Shown here: positions 37,476 through 49,453 of the stretch, piece after piece
Position numbering within the stretch: position 1 is the stretch's first letter
Layout: every line of letters starts with the position of its first letter
Assembly: GCF_006345805.1 (NCBI RefSeq)
Contig: NC_042999.1
Span: forward strand, 5,084,001-5,148,000
From: Octopus sinensis
Lineage: Eukaryota
Length of the DNA: 64,000 nt
Reading direction: 5' to 3'
Translations under genes and position numbers: made by a program
The notes under the pieces: generated by a model
Databases searched by the model: none
What the model was told of the DNA's origin: nothing
What the model saw: only the letters and a program-made list of their open reading frames with translations

Positions 37476-38184
37476 GCTGTAGAAACTAACACTTCATTTT
37501 TCCAAGATGAGATTCGAAACCAAATTGAAGGATTCTTGCTTCTCTGATCCACCACTGGCCAAACAGGCACGAAAGAAAATGTAGTGGGAAATGGTGTAGC
37601 AAAAGATGTTGAGGTAGCAGAGGTAAAAGGCATGTGGACATCAAAGTAAAACAAAGGAAAAGCCTCAGATTGATTTTGAAATAATTTATTTAATCAACTC
37701 TTACATTTATTTGTTCACTACATGACATTACCAACTTGTTTTGAGTTACTGAAGAAGCAAATAAACAGGAGAAATACTGTGTCGATGTGATGAGGTAGAA
37801 CCAGACATGTTTTGTGTCTGTGTGTGCGTTGGTCATTCAGTTGTGTCCGTTTATGTTCTGCGACTACTACTGTGTTGGGTCGTTGATGTTGAATATGTGG
37901 TTGGCTGCTTGACCGGTGCAAGTTACTTGATAGTTCGCCTGGTGATGGCTGTCTCCACCATCTCTTGACGGATTGCTGTATTTATAATGGTCATGACAGC
38001 TAGAAGGACAGACATACCACAGGAACAATTTCTACCTATGTAGGTTGCCTCCTGTCCGCTTGAACCTTGAATGACATGGCTCAAGTTGTAGGTCGAAGGG
38101 AAATCCATCCATTACTTTTTGACAGGACAAAGAAATTTCTTTCACACCTGTTTGGCCAGTGGTGGATCAGACGAGCAAGAATCC

Positions 38185-38597
38185 TTAGACACCCATAAAA
38201 TTATTAACCATCTTACTAGCAATAACTCTGAGCACCTCTTCAAACTCCACCTGTCTAACACCTGTGGACATGTTTACAAAGTCAGAAAACAAAACAGCTC
38301 CCATGACTTTCGGAAACATTTTTTCACGCTAAGAATTGCTGAAGCATGGAACAAACTGCTGGCATCAGTTGTTAGCTGTCGGATCACTGCATCCTTCAAA
38401 ACTTCCATGCTTCGTGAGATTTGCCAAAACTACACCTGACTTTCTCCCCTTCATACACACACAAGCATGTATCTGACTCATACACTGTTCACTTCCCAGA
38501 CATTTGTACATTACTGCATATGCTTTATATGCACTTTTGACAAGTTGTGGTGCACCTGAGCACTGTATACAATAATTTCATTATTATTATTATTATT
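38185..38597 (+). mobile_element. CR1/L2 LINE 3' fragment
   Basis: HKIINHLT...FFTLRIAEAWNKL; (ATT)n tail at ~38580-38597. Confidence 0.85.
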
Positions 38598-38659
38598 AGA
38601 TTTGGTTTCAAATCTCAGCTCAGAAAAAAGGAAGTGTTAGTTTTTACACTACTCCACTT

Positions 38660-39402
38660 TTAATGCTGTTAGTACTTTTCTGACCTTGTCAACAAAATTC
38701 ATATTTTTTCCGTTTAAATGATTTTGCAGAATAAATGATAATCAGATGGGGGAAATGCCTGGCGAGTATGGTGGGTAGGGCAATGTTTCTCATTCAAACT
38801 GCTCCAGCCTTTGGAATGTCATTTTTGCTGTATGTGGTTGAGCATTATCCTGATGGAAGAGCACCTTTCATCTTGAAACCAAAGATGGTCGTTTTCCTTC
38901 AAGCACTGGTGTCAATGAATGTTTGAATGACCAAATTGAAGCTTTTCTGCAAGTTCTTCAACAGTTACAATGAGATTTTGTTCCACCAGGGTTTGCAGGA
39001 CATCCTTGTCGAGCTCTACAAATCTTCCAGGTCAAGACTCATCTTCTAGGCTGTAGGTTCAGGCTTGGAATTTCTGAAACCACCGTTGACACTGGCTTAT
39101 GCTTATTGTCTGATTCCCATATATTCCATTAATATTCCTCTCACTTTCCGTTGTGTTGTTGCCTTTATTGAACTCATAAAGCAAAATATGCCGAATATGC
39201 TCCTTTGTCACTTCCATTATAGCTTTGAAAAAATAAGTGTTAAAATTGAACTGCACTCTTCAAAACTTGCACTAAGAATAAGTACAAGGTAAAATTACTA
39301 CCTGCTTTTATAGCAAGTTGATGCAGGTAGTTTATCCTGTCCCCCTCCAACTTTTAGTTCATGCAATTGAAAAACCCGTATTATTTATGGGATGACCCAA
39401 TA
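38660..39402 (-). mobile_element. Mariner transposon remnant (5' end + transposase N-terminus)
   Basis: MEVTKEHIRHILLYEFNKG...AERNIN-like HTH, CQRWFQKF; terminal TATTGGGTCATCCCATAAATAA at ~39402. Confidence 0.8.
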
Positions 39403-42400
39403 TTTTTGTTATGGTAAGGTGTTACACTGAAGCTTCACAAACTCTAGCAAGGGCAGTGGAGAAGCAAAATGCATGAATTCCATTTTTAAAAAAATATTAC
39501 TGCATGCAGATCTAAAATTAGAACTTCATATTCTGAGCCATTGTGCATCAGTCTTTTCTAGAGGTCCGTCAGATCAGAGGGGAATGTAAGATTGAATATC
39601 AAAATGGGAACACTAAGTTCAGGGACATCATGTTCTTTCTTTTACCAAGAACAACCTGATTTCTTCTGACAAAGCAAAATCCTTTACAGAACACTTCTTT
39701 TCTTTCCGGGAGTTGGTTGAGTTTACATTTACACCCTAGCATCAGGGCTGAATTATGACCCTTTAAAGATTTTGGTCCCCTCATCATCATCATCATCGTT
39801 TAATGTCCGCTTTTCATGCTAGCATGGGTTGGACGGTTCAACCGGGGTCTGAAAAGCCAGGAGGCTGCACCAGGCCCAGTCTGAGCTGGCAGTGTTTCTA
39901 CAGCTGGATGCCCTTCCTAACGCCAACCACTCCATGAGCGTAGTGGGTGCTTTTTACATGCCACCGGCACGGAGGCCAGTCGGGGCGGCGCTGGCAATGG
40001 CCATGTTTGGATAGTCCTTTTACGTGCCACCGGCACTGGTATCACAACTACAACTTCCATTGATTTTTGAGCGATTTCGATTTCGATTTCACTTGCCTCA
40101 ACAGGTCTTTGCAAGCAGAGTTTTGTGTCCCAAGAAGGAAAGGTATGCATAAGTGGGCTGGCTACATCCCAGGTAGAGGCCACGGGTTATGGTCTCACTT
40201 GTCCTGCCGGGGGTCGCCAAACATATCTCTTGTTTTTGTTTTGTACAAATCTTTAAAAGGGAATCAAACCATCAGGTGATAAATGTTTTTAAAGTATGCT
40301 TCATTTGGATTGTCGTTTTCAGGAGGGTCGCTTCCATATGAATATAAATGAGTGTATGCATACACACATGTATTTCCATCATCATCATTTAACATCCATT
40401 TTCCATGCTGGCATGGGTTGGATGGCTTGACAGGAGCTTGCAAGCCAAACAACTGCACCAAGCGCCATTGTCTGTTTAGGAATGGTGTTTACAGCTGGAT
40501 ACCCTTCCTGACACCAACCATACTACAGAGTGAACTGGGTGCTTTTTACATGGCAAGGTCGGCTAATTACTGATCTAACTGTCCAATCTACTCCTTGAAT
40601 AAGCACAAAGGTGGCTGAGTACTCCACAGGCATGTCTACCCATAGTACAATTCTTCAGTGAGAATCAGCTTGACAGTATGAGCAAGGCCAGACCTTTGAA
40701 CAGGGCATCAAGCAGTTTCCTTTTCACTCTATTTCATTGACAAGGTTTGAGTTGAAGGCAAAAAGACGCCGCCTCAAGATATGACACAGTTCAAACCAGG
40801 AAACTCATGGTTTTTCTTCTCTTACTGAAAGAACACTGAAATCTATTTGAGATTTTTTTATAAAAAAATATATTTATTCTTATCATAAATAAAAAAAATA
40901 ATGTCCTTACTGAAAATGAAAAAACATTGGGACACTTTGGAGATTATTCTTCTTGGACTGGTGTGATAGTAGTAGCTGTGAAAATGCTAGATGGGCAATA
41001 TGTGTTGCTGTTGTCATCCGTCCATTGTTTGTGTTGTCGCAGCGCTCTGGTCAGTTGTTCCTTCAGCTGCTCTCTTCCGTGTCTGGTTTCATGCCTCATG
41101 TCCTCCTTCTGTTGTTAGTGGCTAAGATTCCATTGGTTGCTTTTGCTGCTCTCTTCTGTGTCTAGTCTCATGTCCTCCTCCTGTTGTCAGTGGCTAAGAT
41201 CCCATTGGGTTCACCACTTGTTACAAAGAAGAAATGTCTTTTGGTGTCTCTCCTTTGCCATCTGTTCATTACATTTGTGTTGTTCCAGTGCCCAAGTTAG
41301 GTACCACCCATCATCTGTTGTCTGTGGGGTTAGCTGTACTGAATATATAGTGTGGTTTGGCTCAGAAAGAAGCAACCCAGATTTTTGTAATGATGTGGCT
41401 GATGGAAAATTCAGAGCTACAACAACCACAGGGACATAAAAATCCATTCTTCTTCCATCCATATCAAAATGTGCCCCAACACAAGATACTGACTCCACCT
41501 GCAAATATACCTGCATTTTCCCATCATATTCTTGTACCTTTCATTCTCCACCTTTTGTGGATCTTCTCATGCCTTGCTCTCCCTGTTACCCCACACCCCA
41601 TAAAAACACCTCAATTTTATTCTACCTCCTCTCTTCAGAGTTCCTACAACATGTGTCTTGCAAACAACTTGCACATGCAAGTGCTACCAGTCAAAAACTC
41701 CAGCAAGTGTATGGGGTCATCAGGAGAGAATGCGTGCCGTTTCGGGGCCTACCTCTTGACGGCATCAATGCACACGAGCCCCCACCCCCTCACTGATATG
41801 AGACCCTGCTTGCTAGATCAGCTGGTTATCAAATAAAGCTCAATATCCTTCTAGCCATCGCTCATCGTCTCTTTTTAACCAAATCCAGTGGTTAGCCTTC
41901 TCCACTGTAGTTTGGATATCGGTCATGGTGGTATTGACTTTACAACAGATTACATAGAATTAGGTTTATAAGTCTCAAGAATTCCCTCTATCACTGCCCA
42001 CAGGCATAGTATAGTAAGTAAAGATATTGGTTAATGCAGTGCACTAAGAGGTTCTGAGTTCAATTCCAGGCAAGGCCATAAGGTAATTTACAAAAAAATC
42101 AACTGAGGCAAAAGTGTCACAAAATGCAGAGAGCAAAATGAAAACTGTACCCCTGTGGGTCAAATAAAGGATTAGGTTTGAAAGTCTGAAGCCTGCTAGC
42201 CACCGGATCACTTATCAGGTGAAGAATGTTGGCTTCCGACCTAGTGGGGGGGGGGGCTAGAAGGACCCAGAGACACAAACTCATACAGAAAAGGAAGTTA
42301 TGGAAGCTGAAGGATCCTTCGAATGGTGAGAGATGTAGAATTGTTCAAAATGAAGCATTTGGTGAGGAGGAAGAAATAGAGACATATGACACCATTCGAG

Positions 42401-42969
42401 CGAGATCGTTACCAACATCGCCTTACTGGCACCTGTGCCGTTGGCATGTGTAAAAGATTTGAGTGAGGTCATTGCCAGTGCCGCCTGACTGGACCCCGTG
42501 CCGGTGGCACGTAAAAGCACCCACTACACTCTCAAAGTGGTTGGCATTAGGAAGGGCATCCAGCTGTAGAAACTCTGCCATATCAAGATTGGAGCCTGGT
42601 GCAGCCATCTGGTTCGCCAGCCCTCAGTCATTCGTCCAACCCATGCTAGCATAGAAAGCAGATGTTAAACGATGATGATGATGAAGAGGGCAACTGTAAG
42701 TTCTTAGGGATTAACTTACACTGAAGTTGACAAATCAAATCTGTGGTTGGAGCAAAGCATGGTGGTGGAATGGCAAGGTTGACGGGGTCAGAAATAAGAA
42801 GGCACTGGTTTGGAAAGAATGGAAAAACAGGGTTAATGAAGAACTGTATCAGGTGGCTAAAAGGGAAGCAGAAAGGAAGCGGTGTCCCACTGTCATACAC
42901 TGCAAGGTGTTCCAGGATGCTTGGCTGTGGATCAAAGAGAGTCAAGATGTTGTGGAAGAGAAGTATGAT

Positions 42970-43699
42970 GGATGGAAATGGTATGCTTGCACTTAGTGAT
43001 TCTGAAAAGAAAGAGGTGTAGAACTTCCAGTTGCCCTCTACTACCACCGAGACGCTTAAAATATCTGATGCGGCCATTTGTTTCTTACTGGTATTTATGC
43101 CAGGGTTGGCCAAACCTTGGCTACTTGTCTGTTCACATATGTGGCTCATAGAAATCATCATCATCACCATCGTTTAACATCCGTTTTCCATGCTATCACG
43201 AGTTGGACGGTTCGACCGGGGTCTGGGAAGCCAGGAGGCTGCACCAGGCTCCAGTCTGATCTGGCAGTGTTTCTACAGCTGGATGCCCTTCCTAACGCCA
43301 ACCATTCCATGAGTGTAGTGGGTGCTTTTTATGTACCACCAGCACAGGTGCCAGGGGAGACTGGCAGCGACCACGATCGGTTGGTGCTTTTTACGTGCCA
43401 CCAGCACAGGTATCACAACTACAATTTCCATTTGATATTTATTTTGATGTTGATGTACTTGACTCAATAGGTCTCCTCAAGCTCAGCAGGTATGTTGCAA
43501 GAGAAGCAAGTTTGGATGGAAATGGTATGCTTGTACTTAGTAATTCTGAAAAGACAGAGGTGTAGAACTTCCAGTTGCCCTCTACTACCACCGAGATGCT
43601 TAAAATATCTGATGCGGCCGTTTGTTTCTTACTGGTATTTATGCCAGGGTTGGCCAAACCTTGGCTATTTGTCTGTTCACATATGTGGCTCATAGAAAT
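42970..43699 (+). repeat. 186-bp direct repeats (42970-43155, 43514-43699) flanking a family-A insertion
   Basis: Both copies run ggatggaaatgg...ggctcatagaaat with a few substitutions. Confidence 0.85.
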
Positions 43700-45624
43700 A
43701 TGTTGGTTAAGTTCTTTCTTACTACAGTTAATATAAAAGTTTTAAATATTTCAACCTTAATAATTATTTATTGGATATGAAGCCGATGCCAGTGCCGCCT
43801 TGACTGGCTTCTGTGCCAGTGGCACGTTAAAAGCACCAACCGATTGTGGCCGATGCCAGACTCCCCTGGCACCTGTGCCGGTGGCACATAAAAAGCACCT
43901 ACTACACTCTCGGAGTGGTTGGCGTTAGGAAGGGTATCCAGCTGTAGAAACACTGCCAGATCAGACTGGAGCATGGTGCAGACCGTGGCTTCCCAGACCC
44001 TGGTCAAACCGTCCAACCCATGCTAGCATGGAAAGCGGACGTTAAACGATGATGATGATGAACTGATACCAGCTATGTAGTGGCTGTGGGAACAGCTTTT
44101 CTTACTTTTACGGAAAGGGGGAAGAGCATTCCACAACTATTACAAATAAACCCAAATACAGAAATATTATGAATTTTTTCTTAATTTCAACCCCTTTTAT
44201 TCTAGCTTTCTACTCTGACTTTCTCAACATATTTTCCATTCAAATTCTAACCCAATAGATACATATTACTGTAGAAGGATATGTTAACTTCATCACTCTC
44301 TTATAAAACACACAACATTGTGTAGTTCGCACTAGAAACTGACAATGATTGAGAATATTTACTCAATGTCTCTCCACTCTGGGTCGGCTGAAATGCAAAA
44401 AGGCTGACCAAGATGCTCCCACAGAATGTAACCAAATGAGGCTAATTTTTCAACATAATCCCCCTTGCGATCAACACACTTCTTCCATCGGTGTTGCCAT
44501 GCTTGGATCCCATCGGTGAAGAAGCTTTCATCATGTTGGTCAGCTGCTATAAGGGTAAGGGAAATGCCTTAGAAAGAAGTAATTACAGAAGGTCTGCTTA
44601 CTCCAGGTGATGAAGGTTGCAGAGAAAAAGAATTAGGCTACATGAGGAAGCTAGGGATGAGCCATAAAAGAGGAATTTAGGACAGGATGCTCATGGGAAC
44701 TATTACTTGAATCTGTAACAGAACTAGAAAAGGAATTCCAAGTGTGGAAGCAAAACCTGGAATCAAAGGGCCTTAAAGTTACCTTAGCAGAGACCAAGGT
44801 AAATGGCCCTGTTCCATATGTAGAAAAGATGTAGCTAATTTGTTACCTAGGGGCCCTAATTCACCATCTCCAACTGGGTTATCCTTATATCTTTTCCACA
44901 GCCTCTCCTCAACTGGCACAAGGCCACCTTCCCCCAGTTAAAGAGACTTTGTCTTGTAAGTTACTTCATGATCCTGCCAGTGCTACGAAAAAAAGCACCC
45001 AGTGCACTCTGTAGAGTGGTTGGTGTTAAGAAGAGCATCCAGTTGTAGAAAGCATGCCAAAACAGACAGTAGAGCTCGACACAGACCTCTGGCCTGCCAG
45101 CTTTTGTCAAACCCATGCCAGCATGGAAGACAAGGCTTTAAGTGATGATGACGATGGTGATGATGATGATCATGCTGGACTTCATAGCAATGAAGCTATT
45201 CATTTTCCAAAGAGTAAAATGAGTTACATTTTTATTTCATGGCCATAAAGTAAAAATATTAATTAGAGTCTTAAAGAGATTCCACAGAATATGAAACTGT
45301 AACAAGCTTCTCAGGAAATATATTACAAGCATAGGAGTGGCTGTGTGGTAAGTAGCTTGCTTATGAACCACACGGTACCGGGTTCAGTCCCTCTGCGTGG
45401 CACCTTGGGCAAGTGTCTTCTACTATAGCCTTGGGCCAACCAAAGCCTTGTGAGTGGATTTGGTAGACGGAAACTGAAAGAAGCCCGTCGTATATATGTA
45501 TCTATATATGTGTGAGTGTCTGTGTTTGTCCCCCAACATCTTCTATAGTTCTGGTAGTGATTCTGCTATGAGGGCCAAGCCATCAGCATAGAAGAGCTCC
45601 TAGGGGTGTCTTGAATTCCTCTGT

Positions 45625-46430
45625 TATAATAATAATAAATAATAATAATTGTGTACAGTGCTCAGGTGCACTACAACTCATCTAAAGTGTATATATAATC
45701 AGGTGTAGTTTCGGCGGATTTCGGAAAGCATGAGGGCCTTAAAGGATGCAGTGTCATGGCAGTCAACAACTGACGCAGGCAGTTTATTCCATGCTTCAGC
45801 AACTCTGAGCGTGAAAAAATGTTTCCGAAAGTCATGGGAGCTGTGTTGTTTTCTGACTTTGTAGGCATGTCCACGTGTGTTAGACACATGGAGATCAAAA
45901 AGGTGTTCAGTGTTGTTGTTGGTGAGGTGGTTGATAACCTTGTGGGTGTTCACCAAGTCCGTCGCTAGACGCCGGAGCTTCAGTGAATCCATGCCCAGGG
46001 AAACAAGGCGCTCAGAATATGGTAGGTGTCTGATGGAGGGTATGCGTTTGGTTGCACGTCTCTGGACAGATTCCAGGAGGTCAATGTTCTGAGCAAGATA
46101 GGGGTTCCAAACTGATGATGCGAATTCCAAGTGTGGTCGTACCATAGCTGTATACAGTTTTAAATAGATGGCTGGAGAGCGGCTAACAAAAGTCTTGCTG
46201 AGTGATGCCAAGACACCCTCGGCCTTCTTGACAATTTTAGAGATATGCTTTGTCCAACGCAAATCACTGCTGACAGTGATGCCTAGGTCACGCTCGCAAG
46301 AGGATTTCTTGATATCAGTGTTGTGGAGGGAGTATGTGGACGCAGGGTTTTTTTCTCCCAAAATGCATGGTGGTACACTTGTCCACAGCCAGTTTCAGTT
46401 GCCAGTCTGTGATCCATTGCTGCATTATTG
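45625..46430 (-). mobile_element. 5'-truncated CR1/L2-clade LINE (RT C-terminus + 3' tail)
   Basis: ERDLGITVSSDL, YTAMVRPHLEFASSVWNP, LESVQRRATK, TRGH.YK, FFTLRVAEAWNKLP; (ATT)n tail. Confidence 0.9.
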
Positions 46431-47459
46431 CCTGGAGAACTATGATGAATAAGATGGGGATGAGGGCTGATCCTTGGTGGACACCTACCTGGAATTCTTC
46501 ACTATACTCATTGCAAATCCTAACCCTACTAACGGCATCTCTGTATAAGGGCCTGTACAGTCCTTATTTCATATCATTATTTCTGTGCTGCTATTCATCA
46601 CTTTCTCTCATTTCTGATCTACTCCCAATTGACATCCATCCATCATTTTTTGTCATCGTCCCCTTCACCATTCACCTCCAATATACACCTGACTGCCTCT
46701 CTTACTCTCTCTCCTCACATTCTGACAACTTTATTCTTCCCACTCCTGCTGATCCTCCTATTTCCATGCTCTCTTCTCTGCAACTCCTTGGTCATGTCAC
46801 CTCCCATTGTGGCACCACTCCATCCACACACTGTTTCTACTCCTTCCATCATTCTCAACAGTTTACAGGTGGCCACTCTATCTTCTACTTTGCTGAAGGG
46901 TCTCTTTAGCCACAAGAAACACACCTTGTGACCCTGTAAAGAAGTGGTTACAGTTAGAAAGAGTATCCAGCTGTATAAACTACACACAGAACCTGAGACA
47001 TTGGAACAAAATCTGATTCTTTAACTCATTGGATCCTAACTATCCAAACCATTCTGAGGTTAATGTGTCTGTCCTCCTTGCCAGTGTACAGGTGGAGAAA
47101 TCTCCACCAGTCTTACTGGTGTTGGAATATGGCACTGGGTGGTATGACCTTGTGGAGAAGTTCCTTCACTCTCAGATGAAGATGTCTGTTGTGGCATTAT
47201 TTCTATGGCTGGATGCCCTTCTTAAGACCAGCCACTTAACAGAATGTGCTGGGTGCTTTTCCTGTGCCACCGGCATGGGTGTATTTATGCAGCACCAACA
47301 TGAGAGCATTTTAATGTGGCCTCAGTACCTGCAAAGGACAAGTCTGTATGTATGGATGACAGCGGTTTAACTTAGCTTCACAGGTCTTCTCAAGAGCAGC
47401 ACATTCCCATAATTCCCAGTCCCTTGTCATTTCCTCAAGGAGGCCCAGCATCTGAAGAT

Positions 47460-47960
47460 CTTTTCTCACCATTTTGTCCCAATTTTTCCTGGGTCTAATC
47501 CCTCCACAATCAGAGCTTGGCCCTTGCTTATGCTGCAGTCCTCATCCCTACGCATCACATGACCAAACCAGCATAGTCTCCTCCCTTGCACACAACACCT
47601 GATGCCTCTTGTACCCAGGTTTCCTCTTAAATCATTTACCCTCTGTCGCACATGCACACTGACATTACCCATCAGATGGAGCATGCTAGCTTTGTTTCTT
47701 TCAAGCCTTTGCAAGTCCTCTGTAGTCAAAGCTTGTGCTTCACTGCCATGTAACATAGCCGCATGTACACAGGCATCATGCAATCTGCTTTTCACCCTAA
47801 AGGAGAGGCCCTTAGTTACCAACAAAGGTAGAAACTCTCTGAACTTTGCCCAGCCCGTTCTTATTCTAGCAACTACACTTTCAAATCTTCCTTCTCCACT
47901 GCTAACTTGGTCTCCTAGGTAACAAAAGCTAACACTTCTAATGATCCCCTGAACATTTGA
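47460..47960 (-). mobile_element. RTE-clade LINE RT fragment
   Basis: KSRLHDACVHAAMLHGSE...RRLCWFGHVMRR; same family as 36820-37475. Confidence 0.8.
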
Positions 47961-48449
47961 GTGAGTCTATTGTCTGTGCATTTTTAGAGCTTACTGTATC
48001 TGCACATTTGCCACACACAAAGACTATTCTCTCCACGTGTGTGTGTGTATATATATATATATATCACGTGACCGACCAGACTATCAGATGTTGTTACACA
48101 TCACTGGTCACAATGCATTCGCATTGTTTTAGCCTTCGAATGACGCCACCCCAAAGTACCTCAAAGCTGATCAAAATCTTATAATAAAACAGAGTTTGTG
48201 TGCGTGTGTGTGTGTGCATGTTCCTTATGGATTCGAAAACTGGGTTGCCGATTTTGACGCATGAGGTTTCAAAAGATTCAGTATGGTGCAGGAGTGGCTG
48301 TGTGGTAAGTAGCTTGTTTACCAACCACATGGTTCCGGGTTCAGTCCCATTGCATGGCACCTTGGGCAAGTGTCTCCTACTACAGCCTCGGGCCAACCAA
48401 AGCCTTGTGTGTGGATTTTGTAGAAGGAAACTGAAAGAAGCCCGTCGTA

Positions 48450-48493
<44 letters not shown>

Positions 48494-49453
48494 TGTGTGT
48501 GTTTGTGTGTCTGCATTTGTCCCCCTAGCATTGCTTGACAACCGATGCTGGTGTGTTTATGTCCCCATTACTTAGCGGTTCGGCAAAAGAGACTGATAAA
48601 ATAAGTACTGGGCTCACAAAAGAATAAGTCCCGGGGTCGAGTTGCTCGATTAAAGGCGGTGCTCCAGCATGGCCGCAGTCAAATGACTGAAACAAGTAAA
48701 AGAGATGTTTTTTGCACAACTTTTTTTTACTACAAAATAACTTCAAAAACAAGGTCAGGCCGCATAATTTTGAGGTCTTTAGCTAAGGGAGGCAACTCTC
48801 CCTGAACACACTTTAAATTACAGGGAGTCTTACCAGGGAATGAAACTTCAAAAATATACTGTCAACTTTTTTAGTATTATTTATAGTAGATAATCTTTCA
48901 AGTGAAGTATGTTTGTCTGTGTTTTCTTTAGCCCAGATTTGCCTCTGATACAGCAGACCCATCGCATAGTTTTTGGGTTTTTTTCTTCCTGAAAAACTGT
49001 AAATTTGTGTCTTTCTTTTGATGAAAGCGTTTGTTTTAGGAGAGATTTGGCTGATGAGATCTACCTAAATTTTCTACATCAAGTTCCATGTTAGTGAAAA
49101 GAAGTCACAAATCCCCTCTTTGACTCACTGCAAATTTATTCTGTTACTCAGTCAGAAATTGAAACTCCACACTGAATTACTACTACAGGTAAAATCTAGT
49201 ATGTTAATTATATTATCTCACTGCCCCCTAAAGCCTAACATACCTGACATGCCCAGGGCTCCCTGGGTGTGGGGAATACTGCCCATGTTGAAAACCTTGT
49301 TGGTAAAGGAAGTAGAATGTCAGTGACACAGGAAATGTATAATTAACAAGGAAGGTCACCAAAAATTATGAAGTCTGTCAGTTGTAAAGTTTGTGAAAGA
49401 TTTATTTGTGTTGTTGTTGTTGTTGTTGTTCATGAATAAAGAATTCTAGGAAG

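Noticed and set aside
37718-38110. Possible inverted 5' part of the adjacent CR1 (twin priming)
   Set aside because: Translation is too degenerate to assign to CR1 with confidence.
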